The notes under the pieces are model-generated. The model was not told the origin of the DNA and made no database searches. It saw only the letters and a list, made by a program, of their open reading frames with translations. From assembly GCA_016186325.1 (NCBI GenBank), contig JACPLW010000002.1, forward strand, positions 66,290 to 130,289: a DNA stretch of 64,000 nucleotides. The letters run 5' to 3'. The DNA comes from Parcubacteria group bacterium. GTDB lineage: Bacteria; Patescibacteriota; Minisyncoccia; UBA10092. The translations under genes and the position numbers were made by a program. Of this stretch, positions 47,887 through 56,263 are shown one piece after another. How positions within the stretch are numbered: the stretch's first letter is position 1; every line of letters begins with the position of its first letter.

Positions 47887-47944
47887 AAATTAGAATTTAT
47901 CTGGCTTCGCCAGATCTCGCGAAGCGAGAGAAATTTACAACTAC

Positions 47945-48184
47945 ATGCCTATTGAAGTGAAAAAAAAAGAAGGAGAAAGCGCATCAAGCCTTTTAAGGCG
48001 TTTCTCAAAACGCGTCCAGCAAAGCGGTGTTCTGATAAGGGCTCGCAAGGGCCGTTTTTACCTGTCAGAGCCGACTAAACGTCAAAAGAGGTTAGGCGCT
48101 TTGCGGCGGCTTAAAAACCAAAAAGAAAGAGAAAAACTCTATAAATTGGGCAAATTGCCTCCGGAAAAGAAATTTAGGCGTTAA
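47945..48184 (+). CDS. rpsU: 30S ribosomal protein S21
   Basis: 79-aa basic protein MPIEVKKKEGESASSLLRRFSKRVQQSGVL with S21-like pattern. Confidence 0.75.
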   Translation: MPIEVKKKEGESASSLLRRFSKRVQQSGVLIRARKGRFYLSEPTKRQKRLGALRRLKNQKEREKLYKLGKLPPEKKFRR

Positions 48185-48185
48185 T

Positions 48186-48283
48186 CCCGTTAGAAATCTA
48201 AGTTGGTGGACTAATGGGGGAATATAAAAATTTCGTAGTTATTATAGAAATCGAATCATTATTTAACATAAATTTCTAACGGG
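48186..48283. repeat. inverted-repeat pair CCCGTTAGAAAT ... 74 bp spacer ... ATTTCTAACGGG (copy e) filling the rpsU-yqeY spacer
   Basis: Left arm starts 2 nt after the rpsU stop; right arm ends at the base immediately before the yqeY ATG. Confidence 0.75.
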
Positions 48284-48775
48284 ATGACTCTGAAAGAAAG
48301 AATAAACGAAGATCTGAAAACCGCTTTTAAAAGCGGTTCTAGTGATGTTGTTTCAACTCTGCGATTTTTATCGAGCGTAATTAAAAACAAAGAACTTGAA
48401 AAAAGAACCAAGATGTCAAAAGAAGGAGGACTCGCGAAAGAACTCGAAAAGCTGTCGGAACTTACTGAAGAAGAATTGATCGGTGTGATTTTGGGAGAAA
48501 TAAAAAAAAGAAAAGAATCGGTTGTCCAATATGAAAAAGGCGGCCGCGCCGATCTGGCAGAAAAAGAAACCAAAGAACTTGAAATTATTAAAAAATATGC
48601 ACCGGAAGAAATGCCCGAAGACGAGTTAAGAGCGATAATTAAAGGAAAGATCGGCGAGATAGGCGGCGCAACGATGAAGGATTTCGGCCGGCTGATGAGT
48701 TTAATAATGGCTGAAGTCAAAGGCCGAGCCGGCGGCGATATCGTTAAAAAAATAATAGAAGAAGAGTTAAAATAA
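48284..48775 (+). CDS. yqeY: GatB/YqeY-domain protein
   Basis: MTLKERINEDLKTAFKSG N-terminus and overall helical pattern of the YqeY family; rpsU-yqeY synteny. Confidence 0.75.
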   Translation: MTLKERINEDLKTAFKSGSSDVVSTLRFLSSVIKNKELEKRTKMSKEGGLAKELEKLSELTEEELIGVILGEIKKRKESVVQYEKGGRADLAEKETKELEIIKKYAPEEMPEDELRAIIKGKIGEIGGATMKDFGRLMSLIMAEVKGRAGGDIVKKIIEEELK

Positions 48776-48780
48776 CTTTA

Positions 48781-49206
48781 ATGAAAAATGAGATTCTTGT
48801 TTATAATAAAACAAAGCGCCGGGTTCCGGAAAAATTAATAAAATTGATTATATCTGGAGCTCTCAAGTTTTTAAAACTAAAACAGCCGGTGGAAATGGCT
48901 GTTTTAGTTTTAAGTGGGGTGGAAATTAAAAGATTAAATAAAGTCTGGCGCGGTAAAAACAATATCCCGGATGAACTTTCTTTTGGCTTAAATAGCCGTC
49001 AAACGGTAAAATTTGCTAAAGATAATAACGGCATGTTAGAATTAGGAGAAATAGCGGTTAATGTTGATAAAATCTACGATAGAAAGCGTTTGTCAAAAAT
49101 TTTGGTTCACGCCCTGCTTCATCTTCTGGGACATCATCATGAAAAATCGGCTGCCCAAGCCAAGAAAATGGAGCAGTTGGAGAAAAAGATTTTAAGTAAT
49201 TTATAA
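48781..49206 (+). CDS. ybeY: rRNA maturation endoribonuclease YbeY
   Basis: Zinc-binding HALLHLLGHHH (H-x3-H-x5-H); 141 aa. Confidence 0.85.
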   Translation: MKNEILVYNKTKRRVPEKLIKLIISGALKFLKLKQPVEMAVLVLSGVEIKRLNKVWRGKNNIPDELSFGLNSRQTVKFAKDNNGMLELGEIAVNVDKIYDRKRLSKILVHALLHLLGHHHEKSAAQAKKMEQLEKKILSNL

Positions 49207-49248
49207 AAATTTAGAAATTAGAAATTAGAAATTAGAAATTTTCGTTGC

Positions 49249-50463
49249 ATGTCTCGAGAAGATATTATTATAGGCCTTGATGTGGGTACCACTTCTATTC
49301 AGGCGGTAGTGGCCACAAAAAAGAAGACGCAGGAAATTCCTCAAGTTATTGGCTGGGGCGAGTCAGTGGCGAAAGGAGTGCGCTGTGGTATTGTCGTTGA
49401 CATTGAGGAGGCATCGTCGGCCATAAGAGAGGCTTTTCAAAAGGCGATAAATCACGCCGGTATCAAACATAACGAAGCGGTTGTAAGCGTTGGCGGCAAC
49501 CACATTTTTGTAAGACCTTCAAAAGGCGTTGTTATCGTTTCTCGCGCCGACAGAGAAATCTCAAGAGAGGACATTCAAAGAGCGCTGGTTCAAGCCGAAG
49601 CTATACCGGCCAGTCCGAACCGAGAAATTTTGCATAATTTAGCGCGGGAATGGACGGTTGACGGCGAGGAAGGCGTCAAGGACCCGTTAGGAATGACCGG
49701 AATCAAACTCGAAGTTGACACGCTAATAATTGAAGGCGGGTTTCCGGCTTTAAAAAATCTTAGAAAAGCAGTAAATTTGGCCGGAATAAAAATTAAAGAA
49801 CTGGTTTTAGCGCCGCTTGCGGCCAGTTATGCGGTATTAAGTCCTCGCCAAAAGGAGTTGGGAACACTGGTTTTAGATATCGGCGGGGGCACCACCGGTT
49901 TAGTTGTTTTTGAAGAAGGCGATATTTTTCACGCAGCTATTTTAAAATTTGGCTCGGCTCACGCTACTCACGATTTGGTTTACGGTCTTCAGGTTGATAT
50001 AGATACGGCCGAAAAAATTAAAAGATTACATGGCTCGGCCTTGGCGGAAAGTACCAGTTCCAAGGATATTGTTGATTTGAAAAAATTAGGAGGCGATAGT
50101 TCCATTTTAAGAAAGGAAATAGCGACAATTTGCGAAGCGAGATTTTTGGATGTATTTGAGGCGGCTCAAAAAGAACTTAAAAAAGTCGGTAGAGCCGCTA
50201 TGCTGCCAGGCGGAGCAGTTCTGACCGGCGGCGGTTCCAAAATCTCGCGGCTTGATAAACTAGCAAAAAAAGAGTTAAGCCTGCCTTGCTTTAGAGGGGT
50301 GGCTCAAGGAATTTTAGGGCCGGAAGAGATTACTCAAGATCCCGTTTTTGCCACGGCTTTGGGGCTTGTAATTTGGGCTTTTAACGGACACATGTCCGAA
50401 AGGGAACCGATAGAATCCCAATGGAGTTTTATTAAATGGCTTGGGAACATTTTTATTCCTTAA
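49249..50463 (+). CDS. ftsA: cell division protein FtsA
   Basis: Actin-like ATPase motifs IIGLDVGTTSIQAVVA and DIGGGTTGLVVF; precedes ftsZ; upstream spacer holds (AGAAATT)x4. Confidence 0.9.
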   Translation: MSREDIIIGLDVGTTSIQAVVATKKKTQEIPQVIGWGESVAKGVRCGIVVDIEEASSAIREAFQKAINHAGIKHNEAVVSVGGNHIFVRPSKGVVIVSRADREISREDIQRALVQAEAIPASPNREILHNLAREWTVDGEEGVKDPLGMTGIKLEVDTLIIEGGFPALKNLRKAVNLAGIKIKELVLAPLAASYAVLSPRQKELGTLVLDIGGGTTGLVVFEEGDIFHAAILKFGSAHATHDLVYGLQVDIDTAEKIKRLHGSALAESTSSKDIVDLKKLGGDSSILRKEIATICEARFLDVFEAAQKELKKVGRAAMLPGGAVLTGGGSKISRLDKLAKKELSLPCFRGVAQGILGPEEITQDPVFATALGLVIWAFNGHMSEREPIESQWSFIKWLGNIFIP

Positions 50464-50548
50464 ATTCTTATTTATAACTCCCAATTCACGACAAACCGGT
50501 TGCCAATTAATATAGGCGGTGATATATTAGTTTAAAATTACAAATTAC

Positions 50549-51673
50549 ATGGCTCGCATCAAAACCGATATTGAAACTTTTGCGCGCATCAAAGTGGTGG
50601 GCGTTGGCGGCGGCGGCGGTAATGCCGTAACCAGAATGTTTAATTCCCAGATAAAGGGCGTTGATTTTATTTTAATAAATACCGATGCTCAAGATCTCCA
50701 TAATGCCAAAGCTAATACGAAAATTCATATTGGAAAAAACCTTACAAGAGGGCTCGGCGCCGGCATGAACCCCGACGTCGGAAAACAAGCGGCCGAAGAA
50801 AACCGCGATGAAATTGCCAATGCCTTAAAGGGAGCTGATTTAGTTTTTATAACCTGCGGTTTGGGAGGAGGTACGGGTAGCGGCGCCTCTCCGATTATCG
50901 CCGACGCGGCTCATGATATTGGGGCTCTCGCAGTGGCAGTAGTTACCAAACCGTTTGCTTTTGAAGGTAAAAAAAGAACGCTTATTGCCGAAGAGGCGAT
51001 TTTAGCGCTCCGCGAGCGGGTGGACACTTTGATTACAATTCCAAATGATAAGGTTTTAAATCTTATAGATAAAAATACTTCTCTCGTTGAGGCATTCAAC
51101 ATTATTGATGATATTTTACGGCAGGGCGTTGCCGGTATTGCCGATTTAATAACTTACCCCGGCATAGTAAATGTTGATTTTGCCGACATTAAAGCAATTA
51201 TGTCTGAATCCGGCCCGGCGTTGATGGGAATTGGAAAAGGTAAGGGGGAAGACAGGGCGATTTCGGCGGCTAAATCAGCAATCAACTCGCCATTGCTTGA
51301 TATTTCAATAGATGGGGCACATGGCGTCTTGTTTAACGTTTCCGGAGGAGCCGATTTGGGGATGAGCGATGTAAACGATGCGGCAAAAGTTATAACAGAA
51401 TCAATTGACTCTGAAGCTAAAGTTATTTTCGGCGCGACGTTTGATCAGCGCCTTAAAAAAGGAGAGGTAAAAGTAACAGTAATCGCCACCGGTTTTGGCA
51501 TGAATAAGCGTAGTAATGGAAATGGTAATGGAAATGGCAGTTCGGCGGTTTTTAAACCGGACATTAATCAAGTTTTGGCGACAAGGCCGGTTATTGAAAT
51601 TATCGACGACGAAGAAGAATGGGACGCGCCGGCCTATTTAAGGCGTAAAAAAGAAAAGGATGACAAAAAGTAG
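50549..51673 (+). CDS. ftsZ: cell division GTPase FtsZ
   Basis: Tubulin signature GGGTGSGASPIIA, T7 loop, C-terminal NGNGNGNG linker and conserved tail. Confidence 0.95.
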   Translation: MARIKTDIETFARIKVVGVGGGGGNAVTRMFNSQIKGVDFILINTDAQDLHNAKANTKIHIGKNLTRGLGAGMNPDVGKQAAEENRDEIANALKGADLVFITCGLGGGTGSGASPIIADAAHDIGALAVAVVTKPFAFEGKKRTLIAEEAILALRERVDTLITIPNDKVLNLIDKNTSLVEAFNIIDDILRQGVAGIADLITYPGIVNVDFADIKAIMSESGPALMGIGKGKGEDRAISAAKSAINSPLLDISIDGAHGVLFNVSGGADLGMSDVNDAAKVITESIDSEAKVIFGATFDQRLKKGEVKVTVIATGFGMNKRSNGNGNGNGSSAVFKPDINQVLATRPVIEIIDDEEEWDAPAYLRRKKEKDDKK

Positions 51674-53039
51674 GGTCCTGCTCTTGATTCTACTTAGTTT
51701 TATCGGAGGAATATTTTGGTATTCATTTATATCTTCCGCCCCGCAGTTGCGGGGCGGAAGTTTTGTTTTAGGAATTTTTGTTTTGATTTGGAATTGTTAT
51801 AAATGGCGGCAAGGAAAATTAAAAGTCACGGGTTTAGTTCTGGCGTTTTGCATTTTATCTTTTGGAGTCGGTCTTTGGCGCGCCTCAAATGTTTTTGATA
51901 ATGGTTCAACTTCGTTCACCATAAATAAGGAAAAGATAATTTTAACCGGAAAAGTAGCGGCCGAGCCCGACATCCGGATTGATTTTTCCCAATATGCTTT
52001 GGACATTATGGAGTCAACGGCTCCGGAACTGAAAAATAGCGGTAGAATTCTCATTAAAACAGGTCTTTATCCGAAATACAATTACGGGGACACCATAGAA
52101 ATCAGCGGAAAGGTTGAAACTCCAGAGAACTTTTCTGATTTTGATTATCGGAGTTATCTGGCTAAAGATGGAATTTTTTGGATAAGCAGGTATCCTGAAA
52201 TCGACTTGCTCGGTAAATCAAAAAACTATGAGTTATACGGCATTCTATTTGCCATAAAAAATTCTTTTATTAATCAAATAAATGAGATTTTACCCGAACC
52301 GCAGTCGTCTTTTTTAGCCGCACTTCTTGTCGGGGCTAGGCGATCATTACCGGCGAATTTGGTTGAATCTTTTAAAAAAACCGGAACCAGCCATATTGTA
52401 GCGATTTCCGGTTATAATATTTCCATCATCGGGATAATGCTTTTTAACGTTTTAAGCTTTTTGCTTTTGCCGAGGCGATTTATTTTTTGGTTCACCGGCG
52501 CGATCATTTTTCTGTTCGTTATTATCGCCGGAGCCGAATCTTCGGTGGTTAGAGCGGCTATTATGGGAACCATTTTACTTATCAGTAAACGCGAGGGCCG
52601 GTTTTATAATGTGGCAAATGCTATTATACTTGCCGGAGCCGCTATGCTGTTTTTCAACCCTTTTTTACTTCGTTATGATGCCGGATTCCAGCTTTCTTTT
52701 TTGGCAACCCTAGGATTGGCCTACTTTTCGCCTTATTTTGAAGTTTTACTTATAAAGTTGCCGAATGTTTTTTCATTCAGAAGTAATTTAGCCGCAACTT
52801 TATCGGCTCAACTAGCCACTCTTCCCGTCGTAGTCTTCAGCTTCGGCCAGTTTTCAACACTTAGTGTCCCGGCCAACATACTGATTCTGCCGGCTATCCC
52901 TCCGACAATGTTTTTTGGGTTTTTGGCGGCAACCGTAAGTTTTATTTCCATTAAATTAGGCAGCTTTTTGGGACTAATTGCCTGGTTTTTGCTTTCTTAC
53001 CAGATTTGGGTAGTTAGGTTTTTGGGTTTTTTATCCTGA
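51660..53039 (+). CDS. comEC: ComEC/Rec2 DNA-uptake channel, competence (membrane) domain
   Basis: Polytopic protein; competence-domain signature GTSHIVAISGYNISIIG; start is uncertain because the G/C hairpin CTTCCGCCCCGCAGTTGCGGGGCGGAAG sits inside the predicted N-terminus. Confidence 0.7.
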   Translation: MTKSRVLLLILLSFIGGIFWYSFISSAPQLRGGSFVLGIFVLIWNCYKWRQGKLKVTGLVLAFCILSFGVGLWRASNVFDNGSTSFTINKEKIILTGKVAAEPDIRIDFSQYALDIMESTAPELKNSGRILIKTGLYPKYNYGDTIEISGKVETPENFSDFDYRSYLAKDGIFWISRYPEIDLLGKSKNYELYGILFAIKNSFINQINEILPEPQSSFLAALLVGARRSLPANLVESFKKTGTSHIVAISGYNISIIGIMLFNVLSFLLLPRRFIFWFTGAIIFLFVIIAGAESSVVRAAIMGTILLISKREGRFYNVANAIILAGAAMLFFNPFLLRYDAGFQLSFLATLGLAYFSPYFEVLLIKLPNVFSFRSNLAATLSAQLATLPVVVFSFGQFSTLSVPANILILPAIPPTMFFGFLAATVSFISIKLGSFLGLIAWFLLSYQIWVVRFLGFLS

Positions 53040-53040
53040 T

Positions 53041-53916
53041 ATGAAAAAGTTTATTTTGATAATTTTTACTATCGCAGTTATGGTCTGGTTTTTTGTTTTG
53101 ATTCCCGACACGAAAGATCTGGAGATGATTTTTTTGGATGTCGGGCAGGGAGACGCTATTCTGGTTAAAACTCCAAAAAATCAGACGTTGGTCATTGACG
53201 GCGGGCCGAACAGTAAAGTTCTGGAGAAGTTGGGGAAATACCTTTCGCCGCTTCAAAAACGGGTGGATATCGTAGTTTTAACCCACCCCCATGCCGATCA
53301 TGTTACGGGTCTTATTGAGGTTTTGAAAAGATATGATGTCGGCCTTCTTATTTTGGGCGGAGCGAATTTAAAAACCGATGTCTACAATGAATTTATAAAA
53401 ACCACTTTGGACAAAAAAGTCCTCGTTCTTATTGCCGAAAGAGGGCAGGCGATTCATTTTAGTGAAGATTTGGAATTTGACATCTTGTCGCCTTTGAGCG
53501 CAAACCAGGGCATTTTTAATAAAAAAAGCGAAGGGTTTGGAACAGCCGGCAATGAAGTTAACGACGCTTCAATTGTCGGCAAACTGATATTTAATAATTT
53601 TTCCGTCTTGCTTACCGGTGATGCCACCTCAAAAATTGAAAACCAGCTTTTGTCTTACGGAAATGCCTTAAAATCCGACATTTTAAAGGTAGGACATCAT
53701 GGCTCAAAGTATTCTTCGTCTTTTAACTTTCTTAACGCCGTTTCTCCTAAGGCCGCCATTATTGAAGTTGGGGCTAAAAATCGCTACGGCCATCCGTCGC
53801 CGGCGGCTTTAAGCCGTCTTGAAATGTTCGATATTGGCATTTTCCGCACCGATCTAAACGGCGATGTTAAAGTCGTAAGTGATGGTTTTACAACTAATAT
53901 CTACAAAGAAAAATAA
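53041..53916 (+). CDS. comEC: ComEC C-terminal metallo-beta-lactamase domain as a separate ORF
   Basis: TM helix then IFLDVGQGDAILVKTP and HPHADHVTG (H-x-H-x-D-H); starts 1 nt after the stop of the competence-domain ORF. Confidence 0.7.
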   Translation: MKKFILIIFTIAVMVWFFVLIPDTKDLEMIFLDVGQGDAILVKTPKNQTLVIDGGPNSKVLEKLGKYLSPLQKRVDIVVLTHPHADHVTGLIEVLKRYDVGLLILGGANLKTDVYNEFIKTTLDKKVLVLIAERGQAIHFSEDLEFDILSPLSANQGIFNKKSEGFGTAGNEVNDASIVGKLIFNNFSVLLTGDATSKIENQLLSYGNALKSDILKVGHHGSKYSSSFNFLNAVSPKAAIIEVGAKNRYGHPSPAALSRLEMFDIGIFRTDLNGDVKVVSDGFTTNIYKEK

Positions 53917-54059
53917 GTTCGTCTTTATTTGCCAGCGATCGCTGGCAAATGAAGACGATGAAGAATAAGAAATAAAAATAACCTCCCCTAAGTCAATAAA
54001 AGTTTGTTGTCAATTAAGTTTTTATATGTTAATTTGTTTCTATAAAATTATAAAAATTT

Positions 54060-54641
54060 ATGGCACAAGAACGGACCGTTGTTTTAATAAAGCCCGATGG
54101 CGTGAAACGCGGGCTCATTGGCGAAGTAATTTCACGTGTTGAAAAACGCGGTCTTAAAATTATAGCGCTTTCAATGATAAGCCCGACCCGAAAGCAAATT
54201 GACGCGCATTATCCCAAGGATTTAGCTTGGGTAAAACGCCTTGGTGAAAAATCTTTGGCAACTTACGCAAAATACGGTTGGGACGCGAAAAAAGAAATGG
54301 GCACTGACGATCCGATGAAAATCGGCAAATCTATTCGCAATTGGATTTTGGATTTTATGACTTCCGGCCCTCTAATAAAAATAGTGGTTGAAGGAATCCA
54401 TGCTGTTGATATGGTTAGAAAACTGGTCGGCAACTCTATTCCGGCGCTAGCCGAAATGGGAACAATCCGCGGTGATTTTTCGGTCGATTCGGCGGCGCTG
54501 GCCAATAAAAACAAAAGGGCGGTTCATAATTTAATCCACGCCTCGGAAACTCCCGAAGAATCAAAACATGAATTGGAATTTTGGTTTTCGCCCGAAGAAG
54601 TTTTTGATTACAAGCGGGCAGAGGAAGATATAATGTTTTGA
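54060..54641 (+). CDS. ndk: nucleoside diphosphate kinase (with insertion)
   Basis: ERTVVLIKPDGVKRG N-terminus and NLIHASE active-site His region. Confidence 0.75.
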   Translation: MAQERTVVLIKPDGVKRGLIGEVISRVEKRGLKIIALSMISPTRKQIDAHYPKDLAWVKRLGEKSLATYAKYGWDAKKEMGTDDPMKIGKSIRNWILDFMTSGPLIKIVVEGIHAVDMVRKLVGNSIPALAEMGTIRGDFSVDSAALANKNKRAVHNLIHASETPEESKHELEFWFSPEEVFDYKRAEEDIMF

Positions 54642-54645
54642 ATCC

Positions 54646-55107
54646 ATGGAAGATCCGCGCCTACACATCATTGCGGTAACCGGTATCGTTGTTCGCGACA
54701 GCCGGTTTTTAATTATGAAACGTTCAGAAAAAGAAAAAGCTTATCCGGGTTACTGGACCGTGCCGGGCGGTAAAATTGTCCGCCACGAATATGAAAAAAT
54801 GCCGATAACGCCCAATACAGAGGGCTGGTATGACATTGTCGCCAAGACGCTTAAAAAAGAGATTGACGAAGAAGCGGGCATTCAGATTCATGACGTGAAA
54901 TATCTGACCGATATGACTTTTATTAGGCCGGATGACATTCCGGTATTAGTTTTAAGTTATTGGTGCCGCTATAAAAGCGGTGAGGTGCGGCTGGGCAAGG
55001 ACATGACTGATTATGCTTGGGTTACGCCAAAAGAAGCCAAAAAATATAATTTAATTCCCGGAATTTTGGATGAGATTGAGTCGGTTGATAAACTTTTAGA
55101 AATTTAG
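54646..55107 (+). CDS. NUDIX hydrolase
   Basis: Nudix box region GGKIVRHE...EIDEEAGI; 153 aa. Confidence 0.7.
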   Translation: MEDPRLHIIAVTGIVVRDSRFLIMKRSEKEKAYPGYWTVPGGKIVRHEYEKMPITPNTEGWYDIVAKTLKKEIDEEAGIQIHDVKYLTDMTFIRPDDIPVLVLSYWCRYKSGEVRLGKDMTDYAWVTPKEAKKYNLIPGILDEIESVDKLLEI

Positions 55108-55260
55108 TGGTACGATTAAATCGGCTGGGGAGAGTTGTTTTATAAGATTTTGGCCTAATTAATTACATTAGGGAGTCTCATATCGTCCCGGCCCGTGGGT
55201 CGCGGACTGCGGACACCCACTTGGCGAAATGCCAAATTTATCTTAGAGATGACTTTCCAA

Positions 55261-55305
55261 GCCACTTAAAACCCCGCAATTGCGGGGTTTTAAGTGGCTT
55301 TTTTT
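55261..55305. terminator. bidirectional terminator, perfect 17-bp stem GCCACTTAAAACCCCGC-AATT-GCGGGGTTTTAAGTGGC plus a T tract
   Basis: Same CCCCGCA(A/G)TTGCGGGG family as 20427 and 30501; between convergent genes. Confidence 0.8.
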
Positions 55306-55310
55306 AAGTA

Positions 55311-56144
55311 TTATTTTTCCAATATCATTTTTGCTTCTTCAATCAGTCTTTTTGTAACATCCGGCGGCAGTTTCAGAGATTTTTGCAGTTCTTCCGGCGA
55401 TATTTTAACCAAGTCGCGCAAAAGCATAATGTTGGCTTCGCTAAAAGATTTGAGTATTGATGGGCCAATGCTCTTTAAGATTGTTACAGGATATAAACTA
55501 ACATCGTCAATCCATGTTGGAAGAGGCCTTTCTTTTGGATGGTCCCAAGAAAGCATAACCATGTTCTTGCAATGGCCATATTTAATTGAATCGTGTGAAA
55601 AGCGGCTGTTTGTAATCAGCCAGCATTCATCAAGATGGGGCACTTTGCCGATTTTTGCCGAATCAACAAGATCCAAAAATCTCGCCCAAGTCGACATTGT
55701 GTCTTTTATGGTAATGAAAATTCCAAGCTCTTGCCTTAGCTTGGCTTCAATCATAGCGGTGCGGCCTTCTTTAGCTGCAAGAACGTCAACTTCGTGGGTA
55801 ACGCAAGCGCCCTCAAGGATTGGCGGTAACTCTGTCTTGTAGCCGTAGGCCGCCAAAAGTTCGGCAATGTATTTCTCAAAATCAAAACCGGCGGGCCCGA
55901 GGCGTAAAATCGCGCTTCGCAAGTCATAGCGGCGGGAAGCAGCCGGCGCTTTTTTATCAAGCAAGGCGAGAATCATGCTATAAATTTCTTTGGTTTTCAT
56001 TCCTTCGCGAACCCTATTTTCAATTTCACCAGCAATCCGATTAGCCGTTTCTTCACTTGCTCCTGAACGCAAAATCGTCCGCTTGATCTTTAGGGCATCA
56101 AACGGCTGCGACTGTCCATTGGATTTAATTACGTTTATCGCCAT
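55311..56144 (-). CDS. ATP-cone domain fused to a restriction-endonuclease-like (PD-(D/E)xK, Mrr-cat-like) domain, with a C-terminal HhH-like tail
   Basis: N-terminus MAINVIKSNGQSQPFDALKIKRTILRSGASEETANRIAGEIENRV (ATP-cone pattern); core EVDVLAAKEGRTAMIEAKLRQ (D...E-x-K); start set at 56144 because the ORF-track extension to 56207 overlaps tRNA-Pro. Confidence 0.55.
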   Translation of the reverse strand: MAINVIKSNGQSQPFDALKIKRTILRSGASEETANRIAGEIENRVREGMKTKEIYSMILALLDKKAPAASRRYDLRSAILRLGPAGFDFEKYIAELLAAYGYKTELPPILEGACVTHEVDVLAAKEGRTAMIEAKLRQELGIFITIKDTMSTWARFLDLVDSAKIGKVPHLDECWLITNSRFSHDSIKYGHCKNMVMLSWDHPKERPLPTWIDDVSLYPVTILKSIGPSILKSFSEANIMLLRDLVKISPEELQKSLKLPPDVTKRLIEEAKMILEK

Positions 56145-56150
56145 ATGTTT

Positions 56151-56221
56151 TCGGGGTGCCGAGAATCGAACTCGGGCTGCAAGACCCCCAGCCTCGCGTA
56201 CTGCCATTATACTACACCCCG
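56151..56221 (-). tRNA. tRNA-Pro (anticodon GGG), no encoded CCA
   Basis: Hand-folded: C1-G72 pair typical of bacterial tRNA-Pro, U8, D-loop AATGGCAG, anticodon stem CGAGG/TCTTG (with G-U pairs), loop CUGGGGG, T-arm CCGAG-TTCGATT-CTCGG, discriminator A. Confidence 0.7.
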
Positions 56222-56263
56222 CCCTTGCCCGCCGAAGCTTTAGCGAAGGCGGGTTTCATTTAC

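Noticed and set aside
13794-48283. Integron attC-site interpretation of the CCCGTTAGAAAT/ATTTCTAACGGG pairs
   Set aside because: Arms resemble attC R''/R' cores (TCTAAC/GTTAGA), but the spacers are not internally self-complementary as attC bottom strands are, no intI is present, and copies sit at housekeeping gene starts
56145-56207. N-terminal extension of the ATP-cone/nuclease gene
   Set aside because: Overlaps the hand-folded tRNA-Pro; the ATP-cone consensus begins at MAINVIK
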